From contig CAWGKG010000018.1 of the NCBI GenBank assembly GCA_963823035.1, positions 256,001 through 320,000 on the forward strand: a DNA stretch of 64,000 bases, in the 5' to 3' direction. Made by a program: the position numbers and the translations under genes. The notes below the pieces were generated by a model that did no database searches, was not told the origin of the DNA, and saw only the letters and a list, made by a program, of their open reading frames with translations. This DNA comes from an uncultured Gemmatimonadales bacterium. GTDB taxonomy: Bacteria; Gemmatimonadota; Gemmatimonadetes; Longimicrobiales; Gaopeijiaceae. This document shows positions 42,332 through 54,000 of the stretch, piece by piece. Every line of letters begins with the position of its first letter. Positions within the stretch are counted from its first letter, which is position 1.

Positions 42332-42417
42332 GGCTCTGCTTGTTCGATTGGCGGAATTGACTCGATCCCGGGGCAAAGCCACCGGCCGTTCAAGATACCA
42401 TCCGCCCCCGGGTTCGT

Positions 42418-43726
42418 TCAGGCCCCGGGGTCGACCTCGTCCTCCGCCCGCCCCTCCAGGAGGCGATGGAGGAGGAAGAGCGCGGCCTGCGCCGAACGCT
42501 CGCGTACGGAGATCCGGTCTCCGGGGAAGCGCGCGTGTCGTGCGACGGTTCGGCCGTCCAGCGTGGCCGCGTACCAGACCGTCCCCACCGGCTTCTCCTC
42601 CGTTCCACCGCCGGGCCCCGCGATCCCGGTGACCCCGATGCCCCGCGTCCGCGCCGAAGGAACGCGCGACGCCCTCCGCCATCGCGCGCGCGACGACCTC
42701 GGACACCGCCCCGCCGGCCTCGAGGTGCGCGCCGTCCACCCCGAGCAACCCGACCTTCACCTCGTTCGCGTACGCGACCACGCCTCCGAGGAACACGTCG
42801 GAGGCGCCGGCGAAGTCCGTCATCCGCTTCGCGATCAGACCACCGGTACAGCTCTCGGCCACGGCGAGCGTCCTCCGGCCTCCACGCAGCGCCGAGGTCA
42901 CCGCCTCCACCAGATCGCCGTCCGGGGCGTCGAAACGCCAGGGATCGAGGATGTCGGCCAGGCGCTCCTCCATGTCGTCGAAGCGGCGCTCCGCCTCCTC
43001 GCCGGAAAGCCCCACCGCCGTCAGGCGCAGGTCTACGCCGCGCTCGTCCGGGAGGAAGGCCAGCCCGAGCGGCCCCAGCCCCCCGGTGAGGCGCTCGCCG
43101 ATGCGCTGGCTGAGGAGCGACTCCGGGATGCCCGTGGTGCGGACCGAGCGGGTGTGCACCGGCACCATCCGCCCCTGGAATCGTTCGCGGAGCGCGCCGA
43201 TCAGGTCGGCGTGGAAGATGCCCTTCATCTCGCGGGGAACGCCCGGGAGGAGCACCACCAGGCGACCCTCGTGCTCCATGGCGAGGCCCGGCGCGGTGCC
43301 GACCGGGTTGGTGAGCTTCCGCGCGCCCCGGGGCACCTCGGCCACGCGCCGGTTCGGCACCGGCAGCTCTTCGATGCCGTGCTCGCGGAAGCGGATGCGG
43401 ATCCCCTCCAGCACCTCCTCGTCCACCTCGAGCGGCCGACCCAACAGCTCGGCCACGGCATCTCGGGTCAGGTCGTCGGGGGTGGGCCCCAGCCCACCGG
43501 TGACGACCACCAGCTCGGCCACGCTGAGGGCGTCGGTGACCGCGTGACCGATCTCCCCTGCTTCGTCGGCGACGGTGTGGCGGCGCACGATCGGGATGCC
43601 CAGAGCCGCCAGCTCACGGCCGAGCCATGCGGCATTCGTGTCCACGGTTCGGCCCAGGAGGAGCTCGTCCCCCACCGTGACGACGGCGGCCCGCAGCGAC
43701 CCGGACAACGGGGTGTCACCGGTCAT
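42418..43726 (-). CDS. cinA: Competence/damage-inducible protein CinA (MoCF plus PncC domains); frameshift near 42640
   Basis: [32 protein letters not shown]; the shifted frame gives [19 protein letters not shown] and stops at 42418. Confidence 0.9.
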
Positions 43727-43729
43727 GGT

Positions 43730-44377
43730 TCAGGCCCGCGCGCCGAGCAGCGCCCGGTAGCGCCAGAGGTAGCTCCCCATCGAATAGACGGTGAGCACCA
43801 GCGCGAGCGCGAGCGTGATCGCAACCCACGCCCCGTGGAAGGTCGACCATCCCCGCCACAGCGGGTAGCGTTGCCAGTCGTGGGCCTCGGCGAGCATCCG
43901 AAGGGGGTACCAGAGAAGGAGCGCCCCGGAGAAGAGGGACTGCAGGAGCGTCTTCCGCTTCCCCGCCAGGCCCGCCGCGATCACGACCCCGCGCCGCGCC
44001 GCCCAGGCGCGGAACACCGTCATGAACAGCTCGCGGCCGAAGATCACGAGCAGCACCCAAAGCGGAAAGCGGCCCCACCAGGGGACGCGACCCAGCTCCG
44101 AGCCGTAGTTGGACAGGATGTAGAAGGGGATCAGCGTGGCAGCGAGGAGCAGCTTGTCGGCCAGAGGGTCGAGAAGCTTCCCCATGTCCGTGATCCACCC
44201 GTAGCGGCGGGCCAGGTACCCGTCCCAGACGTCGGACAGTCCCGCGACCACGAAGAGGACGAACGCCCAGAAGCGCTCGCCCACACCGGGGGCCATGGCC
44301 AGGAAGAAGAGCGCCGGACAGGCGATGATCCGGGCGACGGTGATGACGTTCGGGAGGGTCAGGCGGCTCCCAGGCAC
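43730..44377 (-). CDS. pgsA: CDP-alcohol phosphatidyltransferase (PgsA-like)
   Basis: LPNVITVARI, DVWDGYLARR..TDMGKLLDPLADK. Confidence 0.88.
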   Translation of the reverse strand: MPGSRLTLPNVITVARIIACPALFFLAMAPGVGERFWAFVLFVVAGLSDVWDGYLARRYGWITDMGKLLDPLADKLLLAATLIPFYILSNYGSELGRVPWWGRFPLWVLLVIFGRELFMTVFRAWAARRGVVIAAGLAGKRKTLLQSLFSGALLLWYPLRMLAEAHDWQRYPLWRGWSTFHGAWVAITLALALVLTVYSMGSYLWRYRALLGARA

Positions 44378-44387
44378 GGAGGACGCC

Positions 44388-44966
<579 letters not shown>

Positions 44967-45164
44967 GGGTCGACGCTATCTCCCGGGTTCGAGGAGTTCG
45001 GGTTTCACGGCCTTCCCTCGGACGTCGTAGCGGATGCGGCAGGCGCGCTGTGCGCCGCGTGCGGCCGACGGGGGGCGGACGGTCGACGGGCGGATCATAA
45101 AGTCGGCTGGCTCGGGGCGGGTGGCAAGATCGAGGGCGGCTGAAGCGACGGTTCTGCGGTCGGC

Positions 45165-45479
45165 TCAGGCAGCCTCGGGTCCGGTACGCAGCCCGACGCG
45201 CAGCGCGTCGGCCTCCATCCTCGCCACGATGTTCCTCGCGCGATCGCGTAGCAGCCTGCGGGGCTCCCAGGCGATGAAGTCGCGCAGGAGCCGGATGTTG
45301 TCCACGGACGCCTCGGCGCGGTTCATGTGCCCCAGAGCGGCCAGCCGGCGGAGAACGTGCGCGCTGAACAGGTTCCGCTGGTGGCGCGAGATCTGGTCAC
45401 GGACGATGAGCGCGCCGAGCGCCCCCGCGGCCGCTGCGGCGAGGATCGTGATTCCGGCGGTCTTGAGCTTCCTGTTCAT
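45165..45479 (-). CDS. Hypothetical membrane-anchored protein
   Basis: ATG immediately after the recR stop; N-terminal hydrophobic helix. Confidence 0.7.
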   Translation of the reverse strand: MNRKLKTAGITILAAAAAGALGALIVRDQISRHQRNLFSAHVLRRLAALGHMNRAEASVDNIRLLRDFIAWEPRRLLRDRARNIVARMEADALRVGLRTGPEAA

Positions 45480-45480
45480 C

Positions 45481-46074
45481 CTACATCTCCCTTCGTCCGG
45501 CCAACGCCTCCGCGATGGTCGTCCCGTCCACGTACTCCAGGTCGCTCCCCACGGGGATGCCGCGAGCCAGCCGCGTGACCCGTGCACCGAGTGGACGTAC
45601 CTGTTGTTCAAGGTACACCGCCGTGGCCTCACCTTCCACGCTCGCGTTCGTGGCGATGATCACCTCCCGCACCTCGCCTGCCCCGTCGCGGATGCGCTCC
45701 AGCAGCTTTCCGACGGAGAGCTCGTCCGGCCCCACACCGTCCAGAGGCGACAGCCGACCTCCCAGGACGTGGAAGAGTCCGTGGAATCGACCCGTCCGCT
45801 CGATGGCTCCGACCTCGAACGCCTCCTCGACGATGCACAGCATGCCGGGGTCCCTGCGAGGGTCGGAGCACACCTCGCAAAGCTCGTGCTCGGAGAAGTT
45901 CCCGCACACGACGCAAGGCCGGATCCGGTCCGCCAGCTCCGTGAGGACGCGCGACAGGCGCCGCGTATCGTCCCGGGAGCCCTTCATGAGGTGGTGAACC
46001 AGACGGAGGGCGGTCTTGGGGCCGATGCCGGGGAGGCGAGCCAACTCGACGGTGAGCTGGTCGATCACCGACAC
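45481..46074 (-). CDS. recR: Recombination mediator RecR
   Basis: LPGIGPKTA, C4 zinc finger, Toprim VIIATN..VEGEAT, RLARGIPVG. Confidence 0.96.
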   Translation of the reverse strand: MSVIDQLTVELARLPGIGPKTALRLVHHLMKGSRDDTRRLSRVLTELADRIRPCVVCGNFSEHELCEVCSDPRRDPGMLCIVEEAFEVGAIERTGRFHGLFHVLGGRLSPLDGVGPDELSVGKLLERIRDGAGEVREVIIATNASVEGEATAVYLEQQVRPLGARVTRLARGIPVGSDLEYVDGTTIAEALAGRREM

Positions 46075-46105
46075 GACGACTCCCTCCCGGTGCCGCCGGA
46101 GAAGC

Positions 46106-46432
46106 TCAGAAGAGGCCCGGAAGGTTGGGCAGCCCCGGCAGCCCCCCGGAGACCTTCTTCATCTCTTCCTCGTAGTGCTTCTGTGCCTTGCCCTGCGCCT
46201 CGGACAGCGCCGCGAGCACCAGGTCCTCCAGCATCTCCACGTCGCGGGGATCGACGCAGGTCGGATCGATCTTCACCTGCTTCACCTGCCCCTTGCCGTC
46301 GACGGTGGCCGTGACCATGCCGCCGCCGGAGGAGGCGGTGATCTTCTCCGCGTCCAGGGATTCCTGGAGCTTGCTCATCTTGGCCTGCAGCTGCTGACCG
46401 AGCTGCATGATCTGCTGGAGATTCGGGTTCAT
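46106..46432 (-). CDS. ybaB: YbaB/EbfC nucleoid-associated protein
   Basis: SGGGMVTATVDG, DVEMLEDLVLAA; dnaX-ybaB-recR synteny. Confidence 0.95.
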   Translation of the reverse strand: MNPNLQQIMQLGQQLQAKMSKLQESLDAEKITASSGGGMVTATVDGKGQVKQVKIDPTCVDPRDVEMLEDLVLAALSEAQGKAQKHYEEEMKKVSGGLPGLPNLPGLF

Positions 46433-46444
46433 TCGTTCCGGCGC

Positions 46445-48191
46445 TTATTCCATGAGTTCCAGATCGAGTTCTTCTACCGCCCGCTCCAGGCGGGGTTCCT
46501 TGCGGAAGAGGGCCTTGAGGGTGTCGGCGCGCACCTCCTCGCGACCGATCCGGCGGGCCGTTCCGGGCGCGGCTTCGCCCGTCCCCGCGACCACCACGCG
46601 CACGCGGAGCGGCCGGCCCAGGTAGGGCGTCAGCCCGGCCCGGATCTCCTTCTGCACGGCGGGCTCTCCGAGTCGGTCGACCGCGGGGCCCGGCGGCGGC
46701 GTGATCTCCACCGTGCCTTCCACCTCGCGAACCGTTGCGGAACGGAGGAAGGCCAGCAGGCCACGGGGCACGCCCAGGCCGCCGTCGAGCCATCGGCTCC
46801 ACGCCTCGTTCAAGCGTTCCCGAGGGAGCGATGTCCTCGGCGGGGATCGCGGTCGGGGCCGTCAGCGAGGATGTCGAGGGGACGGAGCCGTCCGGCAGTG
46901 GCACGGTCCCGCCCGCCGCGGCGGGCGCGGAGGCGAGTCCGAGGGAGGGCTGCGCCGCGTCGGCCCGGGTGGACGTGGCGGTCCCGTCGACCGCCGCTCC
47001 CCCGCCTCCCCCTGCCGAGCCGGCGCCGCCCCGTGACGGGGGCGCGCCCCCAAGGGCGCGGATGAGCTCCTCGATCTCCACCGTGCGGTCCAGGTAGCTC
47101 AGGCGAAGGAGAAGCATCTCCACCAGAACCCGTGGGTTCGGGCTCCTGCGGATGCTCCCGCTGCTCTCGAGCTCGGCCGCAGCAGAGAGCATGCGCACCA
47201 GGTCGCCCGGCGCGAAGCGCTGGGCGCGCTCCTCGAAGGCGGCCCTGAGGTCCTCACGCAGGTCGGGCCGCACGTCCGGGGAGAGACGCAGCCTGAGGAG
47301 GGCGCGCAGGACGTCCATGAGGCCATGGTAGAACTCGATCAGGTCGTAGCCCTCGTCGAGGAGGCTCTCCACGAGCGAGAAGACGTCCCCGTGGCGGCCG
47401 TCGGCAAGGACGTCGAGCAGCTCCAGGTAGCGCTCCTCCTCGACCAGCCCGAGAACGCGGCGTACCGCCTCCAGGTCCACCTCGCCACCCGTGAGGGACA
47501 GCACCTGGTCCAGGAGGGAGAGCGCGTCGCGCATCCCCCCGTCCGCCTTGCGACCGATGACGCGCAGGGCGTCCTTCGGCGCGGACAACCCTTCCTGCTC
47601 GAGGACCGTCTCGAGGCGCAGCACGATGTCGGACACGCCGATGCGCCGGAAGTCGAAGCGCTGGCAGCGCGACAGGATCGGCGACGCGGACTGCTGGATC
47701 TTCTGCGGCTCGGTGGTGGCGAAGACGAAGATCACCCGTGGGGGCGGCTCCTCGAGGATCTTGAGGAGCGCGTTCCACGCCTCGCGGGTGAGCATGTGCG
47801 CCTCGTCCACGATGTAGACCTTGTAGTGCCCCTCCTCCGAGGGTGCGTACATGGCCCGCTCGCGGAGGTCGCGGGCGTCGTCCACCCCGCGGTTGGAGGC
47901 CGCGTCGATCTCCACCACGTCCAGCGCCGTTTGTCCGCCCCAGATGCGGCCGCAGCTCTCGCAACTGCCGCACGGTTCGCCCTCGGCGGTCCGGTTGGGG
48001 CAGTTGAGCGCCATCGCGAGCACGCGGGCGAGCGTGGTCTTTCCGACGCCGCGAGGACCGCAGAAGAGGTAGGCGTGCCCGACGCGCTCGGTGGCCACGG
48101 CGCGGCGCAGCGTCTCGGAGACGTGCTCCTGCACCGCCACCTCCTCGAATCGCCGAGGGCGGTACTTGCGGGCGAGCGCGGTGTGGGACAA
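46445..48191 (-). CDS. dnaX: DNA polymerase III subunit gamma/tau; frameshift near 46825
   Basis: LARKYRP, GPRGVGKTT, EIDAAS, VDEAHML, SRCQ, DGGMRDALSLLDQ; C-terminal domain in ORF 46445..46813; TTG start. Confidence 0.93.
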
Positions 48192-48268
48192 GGGCTTCAG
48201 CAGGTCGCGGATGGGCCTGCCCGGATCCGTTCCGGGCGTCGGCGGGTCAGGCCGGGGGTCAAAAAAAA

Positions 48269-48366
48269 TGCCCCAGGCGACCCGCAGCAACGATCACCAC
48301 ACTTACCGCTGCTACCTGCGGGGTCCTGACGGGATTCGTGGGCTTTCGTCCTACGGACCTGGGGCA
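48269..48366 (-). ncRNA. ffs: Small SRP RNA (4.5S)
   Basis: Terminal stem TGCCCCAGG/CCTGGGGCA followed by T8; domain IV core TCAGG-ACC-loop-GGT-AGCAGC; directly upstream of dnaX. Confidence 0.88.
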
Positions 48367-48372
48367 CCCCGC

Positions 48373-48401
48373 AAGCTAGAGACGGGCAGGATGGAGGTCA
48401 A
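48373..48401 (-). promoter_or_regulatory. Sigma70 promoter of ffs
   Basis: TTGACC-17 nt-TAGCTT ending about 6 nt before the SRP stem. Confidence 0.75.
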
Positions 48402-48456
48402 CCGAGGGCGAACCCACCCGAGGTGCGCTCGCGAGCCTTTCCCCCTTGGTCAGCTC

Positions 48457-48521
48457 CTCTGCGTCCTCTGCGGCCTCTGTGGTAAAATGTTCTCACCACA
48501 GAGGACGCAGAGGACGCAGAG
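48457..48521. repeat. 27-bp inverted repeat built from 9-bp units, 11-nt spacer
   Basis: CTCTGCGTCCTCTGCGGCCTCTGTGGT-AAAATGTTCTC-ACCACAGAGGACGCAGAGGACGCAGAG (one mismatch). Confidence 0.9.
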
Positions 48522-48564
48522 AGAACAGTTTGGTGGGGATGGATCGCCTCCTCCGCGGCCCTCC

Positions 48565-48954
48565 TCACCACCACCCGGGCCGCCACGCATCCTCGAGGTG
48601 CTCGATCTCCACCGCGTTCGCCTCCCTGCGGACCGTGATGGCGACGGCGTCGAAGCGTACCTCCATCTCGGCCAGCGCGTGGCAGGCGAGGAAGTACCGA
48701 GCCACGGCCTCGATCTCCCGCCGCTTCAGCGCCGTGATCGCCTCCTGGGGTGGCCCGTACCCCGGCCCGGCGCGGGTCTTCACCTCCACGAAGGCCAGGA
48801 CCGCGCCGCGGCGCACGACAAGGTCCACCTCGCGCCGCCCGAAGCGGTAGTTGCGGGCGAGGATGGTCCACCCCCGGCGCCTCAGGAAGCGCGCGGCCTG
48901 CGCTTCGCCCCATCGACCCAGCGCATGCGGTGGGTGCCCCTCTCCGGTCGCCAT
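48565..48954 (-). CDS. yraN: YraN family (UPF0102) PD-(D/E)xK-like protein
   Basis: LGRWGE..A..FL..GW.ILARNYR..EVDLV..FVEVKTR, RFDAV. Confidence 0.92.
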   Translation of the reverse strand: MATGEGHPPHALGRWGEAQAARFLRRRGWTILARNYRFGRREVDLVVRRGAVLAFVEVKTRAGPGYGPPQEAITALKRREIEAVARYFLACHALAEMEVRFDAVAITVRREANAVEIEHLEDAWRPGWW

Positions 48955-49034
48955 GTCCCACGTTGGCGAGGCGGAACGGGCGTGGGGATGGCGCGACGGG
49001 ACGCCGCGAAGAAGCGCCGCCCCCCGCCCCCTCT

Positions 49035-50081
49035 TCAGCGCATCGCCGGCTCGGGAAGCGTCGCGTTGACGCCCCTCCCGATCGCATCGGCGATGGGCCG
49101 GATCTGGGCCATCAGATCCGCGAACTGCTCCGGGTAGAGCGACTGGGCCCCGTCCGACATGGCGCGGGGCGGATCGGGGTGCACCTCCACGATGATGCCG
49201 TCCGCCCCGGCGGCGACGGCCGCACGGGCCATGGGCGTGACCTTGGCGCGCAGTCCCGTCCCGTGGCTGGGATCGGCGATGATCGGCAGGTGCGAGAGCC
49301 CCTTGACCACCGGAATGGCGGTGAGGTCGAGGAGGTTGCGCGTGTGCGTGTCGAAGCTGCGCACGCCCCGCTCGCAGAGGATCACGTCCTCGTTGCCCTC
49401 CGCGAGGATGTACTCGGCCGCGAGGAGCAGCTCGTCGATCGTGGCCGACATTCCCCGCTTGAGCAGCACCGGCTTGCCGAGGCGACCGGCCCGGCGCAGC
49501 AGCGGGTAGTTCTGCATGTTCCGCGCACCGATCTGGACGATGTCCGCGTACTCGGCGACGGCGTCCGCGCTCTCGGGATCGAGGGCCTCCGTGACGATCA
49601 TCAGCCCGGTGGCCTCGCGCGCCTTCGCGAGATACTCGAGCCCCTTCATGCCCAACCCCTGGAAGGAGTAGGGCGACGTGCGGGGCTTGAAGGCGCCGCC
49701 GCGCAGCACCGTCGCGCCCATCGCCCGGAGCCGGTGCGCGATGTCGAGGATCTCCGCCTCACCCTCCACGGCGCACGGGCCGGCCATGACCACCACCTCG
49801 TTCCCGCCCACGACGGCCCCGTTGGGAAGGCGGACGACGGTGTCCTCCTCCCGCCACTCCCGCGACACCTGCTTGTACGGCTGGGTGACCGGGATGACCT
49901 CCAGCACACCCTCCAGCCCCTCGAGGCGGGCCGAATCCACGCGCCCGTCGTTGCCGATGAGCCCGACCGCCGTGCGCTGCCCACCTGGAATGGGGCGCGC
50001 GTCGTAGCCCATCTCCTTGATGACCTCGACCACCCGCTCGATCTCGTCGGGGGCGGCGTTGTGCTTCATCACGACCAACAT
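49035..50081 (-). CDS. aroF: DAHP synthase type I-beta with N-terminal regulatory domain
   Basis: [46 protein letters not shown]. Confidence 0.95.
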   Translation of the reverse strand: MLVVMKHNAAPDEIERVVEVIKEMGYDARPIPGGQRTAVGLIGNDGRVDSARLEGLEGVLEVIPVTQPYKQVSREWREEDTVVRLPNGAVVGGNEVVVMAGPCAVEGEAEILDIAHRLRAMGATVLRGGAFKPRTSPYSFQGLGMKGLEYLAKAREATGLMIVTEALDPESADAVAEYADIVQIGARNMQNYPLLRRAGRLGKPVLLKRGMSATIDELLLAAEYILAEGNEDVILCERGVRSFDTHTRNLLDLTAIPVVKGLSHLPIIADPSHGTGLRAKVTPMARAAVAAGADGIIVEVHPDPPRAMSDGAQSLYPEQFADLMAQIRPIADAIGRGVNATLPEPAMR

Positions 50082-50234
50082 CGTGAACCACGGCTCGCAT
50101 CTGGGGAGACGCCGCCGGCGCACCGCGCGCCCACGGAAGACCTAATGCTAAGTCCGGGCGCAGAAGGGGTCTAGGTCATATCTGCCAACGTGATGGGCAC
50201 AGGGGGGGGTACCCTACCTGTGCAGAGCTTCCCT

Positions 50235-51059
50235 CTACCGGCCCGGGTCGGCTGCGAGCCGAACCACGAGCCCGTCGCGGCCGGCGATCACCTTCCCGTC
50301 GTAGCCCGCGGCGACCCGCTCGGCGGCCTCTTCGTGCGTCGTGGGGGGCATCACGTGCGTCACGATCAGCGTCCCCGGGCGTGTCGCCCGCGCGAGCGCG
50401 GCGAGCCCGGCGGGCGAAAGGTGCGTGTCCACCGTGGGAGGGTCGGGCAGCGTGCACTCGGCGACCAGCACGTCACAGCCCACCAGAAGGTCGGCCACCG
50501 CCTGCGAGGGTCCGGTGTCCCCCGTGTAGCCGACCGCGGCACCGCCGGCCTCCACCCGGTAGGCGACCGACTCGAGGGTGTGGGGTGTGGACGCACATCG
50601 GACGAGGAGGCCTCCCTCGTCGTCCTCCCACGCTCCACCGTCCTCCATCTCGACGACGCGCAGCTCGAAGCCGGCCTCCACGACGTGGCGACCGGTCGCC
50701 GCGGCCAGCCGCTCGAGGAAGGCTCCGAAGCCCACCGGCCCGACGAGGGTCAGCGGCCGGGTGCGCGGCGGGTGCAGGCCATACGCCATCGCGAGCATCA
50801 ACGCCGGAAGGTCGCCGATGTGATCCGCGTGGAAATGGGTGATGAGAACATGGGTGAGGTCGGGCCACCGAACATGCTGTGCTGTAAAGCTATGGACGGT
50901 TCCGGGACCACAGTCCATCAGGGCGAGCACGCCGCCCTGTCGGAGGAGGTGCGCCGCACCGTGGTGGTCGTGGTCGGGCACGAGGGTGCCCGAGCCGAGC
51001 ACCGTGAGCGAACCGTCTACGGGCGGCGGCGACGGGGTCCGCGGGAGCGACGCCGACAT
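50235..51059 (-). CDS. MBL-fold metallo-hydrolase (RNase Z/BN-like)
   Basis: VLGSG, DCGPG, THFHADHIGD, YTGDT, AECT, HLS, VTH. Confidence 0.88.
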   Translation of the reverse strand: MSASLPRTPSPPPVDGSLTVLGSGTLVPDHDHHGAAHLLRQGGVLALMDCGPGTVHSFTAQHVRWPDLTHVLITHFHADHIGDLPALMLAMAYGLHPPRTRPLTLVGPVGFGAFLERLAAATGRHVVEAGFELRVVEMEDGGAWEDDEGGLLVRCASTPHTLESVAYRVEAGGAAVGYTGDTGPSQAVADLLVGCDVLVAECTLPDPPTVDTHLSPAGLAALARATRPGTLIVTHVMPPTTHEEAAERVAAGYDGKVIAGRDGLVVRLAADPGR

Positions 51060-51084
51060 CGTCGCGCGTCTTCGGGTCCGGGCG

Positions 51085-54000
51085 TCAGGCGGCCCCGGCC
51101 GCCTGCAGGGCTTCCTCGAGCCGAACGCCCACGATCGTGCTGACCCCGGGCTCCTCCATCGTCACGCCGTAGATCCAATCCGCGGCCTCGATCGTGCGCG
51201 GGTTGTGCGTGATGACCACGAACTGGGTCTGCTCCTTGAAGTCCTGGAGCAGCTTGATGAAGCGCCCGATGTTGTTCTCGTCGAGGGGGGCGTCCACCTC
51301 GTCGAGCACGCAGAAGGGGCTCGGCTTCACGAGGTAGATGCCGAAGAGGAGCGAGAGCGCCGTGAGCGCGCGCTCGCCGCCGGAGAGGAGGTCGATGCGC
51401 TGCGTCTTCTTCCCGCGGGGCGAGGCGTGGATCTCGATGGGCGACTCGAGCGGGTCTTCGGGATCCTGCAGCCAGAGGTCGGCCTCCCCGCCCTCGAAGA
51501 GCCGCAGGAAGGTGTCGCGGAAGTTCTGCCGGATGGCGCCGAAGGTGCTCTCGAACAGGTCCGTCGCCGTCTTGTTGATCTCGCGGATCGCGTTCCGCAG
51601 GTCGTTGCGGGCGGTGACGAGGTCGTCCCGTTGCTCCGTGAGGAAGGTGAGCCGCTTGCTCTCCTCCTCGTGCTCCTCGACCGCGAGCATGTTCACCGGG
51701 CCGAGGCGATCGAGGGCCACCACGAGCTCACGCAGCTCCTCCTGCAGCGCGTCCTGCTCGCCCTCCACGGGCTCGGCCTGCTCCAGGAGCGTCTCGAGCG
51801 TCCTTCCCCACTCCCCTTCGAGCCGCTCGCGGATCCGTGCGATCCGTCCGGCCAGCTCCTGCTGCTCCAGCTCGAGCGCGTGCCTGTGGTCCGACGCGGC
51901 GCGCTCCGCGGTGCGCGCCTCACGCGCCCGCCGCTCCGCCACCGCGAGCGCCTCCGCGACACCCGCGAGCGCCAGGTCCTTCTCGCGCACGGCGCCCTCG
52001 GCCGTGGTGCGCTCGGCGAAGAGCCGCTCGGTGGCCTCGGCCCCCTCCTCGCGGATCCGCCGCGCCTCGGCCCGCTCCTCGCGGAGCTGCCCTTCCTCCG
52101 CGTCGAGCGCGGCCACGCGCTCGTGGGCCTGCGTACGCGCCGCGACGACGCCCTCCAGGCGCTCCGACAGGCGGGTGACGTCACCCTCCATCCGGGCGAG
52201 GTCGACCGCGATGCGCGCCTCCTCCGCGCGGGCGGTCTCCCACTCCTCCTGGACGGCCTCCATGGCCTCCCGCGCCGCTTGGCGCTGAGCGTGGATGCCC
52301 TCCTCCTCCGCGAGGAGGACCTGCCGGTCCTCCCGCGCCTCGGTGGCACGCTCCAGCGCACGGGCTCGGGAGGCGCGCGTCCCCTCCACCTGGCGCGCCA
52401 CCTCGTCGCGATGGCGGTCCATGCGGCCCCTCTGGTCGGAGCGCGCCTGGAGCTCCGCCGAGGTCCGGTGGTGCGTGTCCTCGGCCGAACGCAGCGCGTC
52501 GCGCGCGGCCTCGAGGGTCTGCTCGGACGCGCGCGCCTCCTCCTCCGCCGTCGCCCGCTCGGCCCGCGCCGCCTCCGCCGCGGCCGCCGCCCGCTCGTGC
52601 TCTTCGCGCACGGCGCGCAGCTGCTCCCTGCGCTCGAGGAGGCCCGTGGCGCCCGCGGGATTGCCGAGGCGCACCACCCCGCGCCGCTCCACCACCGCGC
52701 CCGAGGCGGAGACCCGCTCACCCGCGCCGTCGAGGTCGAGGTCGTCGACCAGGTCCACGCCCGACAGGAGCGCCCGGACCCAGGGGGCACCCGCCCCGAC
52801 CGCCTCGATCCGGGTGAGGATCGACCCCGAGGTCGGGCTTCCCCCGTCCGGCACACGGTCGAGGGGCAGGAGGATCAGCCCCCCTCCGCCTTCCCATCGC
52901 TCGGAGAACCAGGCGTGCACGCGGTGGAGCGCGGCCGCGTCGAGCACCACGAGCGCCCGTGCGAGCGCGCCCAGGTACGCCTCGGCCGCGCGCGCCGGAC
53001 CCACGTCCGCGCGGATGAAGTCCGAGAGCGTGCCGAGCACCCCCGCGTCCGCGAGCTCGAGCGCCGCCTTCACCACGGGCTCCATCCCTTCCCGGTCGCG
53101 CTCGAGCTGTTCGAGGGCCGTCCTGCGGGCTCCCAGGGAGGCGGCCCGATCGGCGGCCAGGAGCTCGCGCTCCCGCGCCTCCTCGAGGGCGCGGCGGGCC
53201 TCGGCGAGCGCCGCGGCGCAGGCTTCCACCTCTCCGCGCGCCCCCTCCACCGTGCCGGCGAGGTCGTCCAGCTGCGTGGAGAAGAGGTCGCCCTGGGACG
53301 TGAGATCCGTGAGCGCGTCGGTGGTCGTGTTGAGCTCGTCGGCCAGGCGCTCCAGCCTCCGCTCCAGCTCGGCGGCCTGCGCGTCACACGCCTCGGCGTC
53401 CCCTTCGAGCTGAGCGCCCTTGCGGGCGAGCTCCCGCTCGCGCGTCTCGACACCCTCCAGGCGCTCGCGGGCACCCTGCAGGCGCTCTCGCACCTCCTGG
53501 AGCGCGGCGCGCCGCTCCTCGGCGACCGCCCGCAGCGCCTCGAGCTCGGCGCGCACCCGGTCGCGGTCGGCCTCCAGCTCCGCGCCGTCCGCGTCCAGGC
53601 GTTCGGAGCGGCCACGCGCCTCCGCACGCTCCTCGTCGATCTGTCCCATCCGGCGCTCGGCGTAGGTCGCACGCTCGTCCGCGACGGCCAGGTCACGTTC
53701 CCAGCGGACGAGCTGCTCCCGCACCGCTTCGAGCGCGCGGGCCGCCTCCGTCCGCTCCCTCTCGGCGTCCACCTCGCGGAGCCGCAGGGCCTCGTACTCG
53801 GCTTCCGCGGTGCGCACCTCGGCGACCATCCCCTCGCCGCTGCGCTGGTCGCCCTCGAGCTCGCGCGTGACCCGAGCCAACCGCTCCTCCAGCGTGTCCA
53901 ACTGGTGGCGCACCACGGCGACCTCGACGTCCAGACGGCGCTTCCGGTACTCCATGTAGCGCTCGGCCTTCCCCTTCTGCCGGGCCAGGGAGCGCACCTT

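Noticed and set aside
42355..42385. Possible CIRCE/HAIR operator upstream of grpE (TTGACTCG-N9-CAAAGCCA)
   Set aside because: Too many mismatches to TTAGCACTC-N9-GAGTGCTAA or to the HAIR consensus.
41666..43726. Apparent CinA-GrpE fusion (686-aa ORF)
   Set aside because: The true CinA C-terminus ([16 protein letters not shown]) lies in another frame with its own stop at 42418, and grpE has its own ATG; this is an artefact of an indel near 42640.
46800..46850. Programmed frameshift in dnaX generating gamma/tau
   Set aside because: There is no slippery A-run or heptamer at the frame change, and it looks like the other indels in the window.
48457..48521. Mini-CRISPR interpretation of the 9-bp repeats
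   Set aside because: The units are contiguous and inverted, with no spacers and no cas genes nearby.
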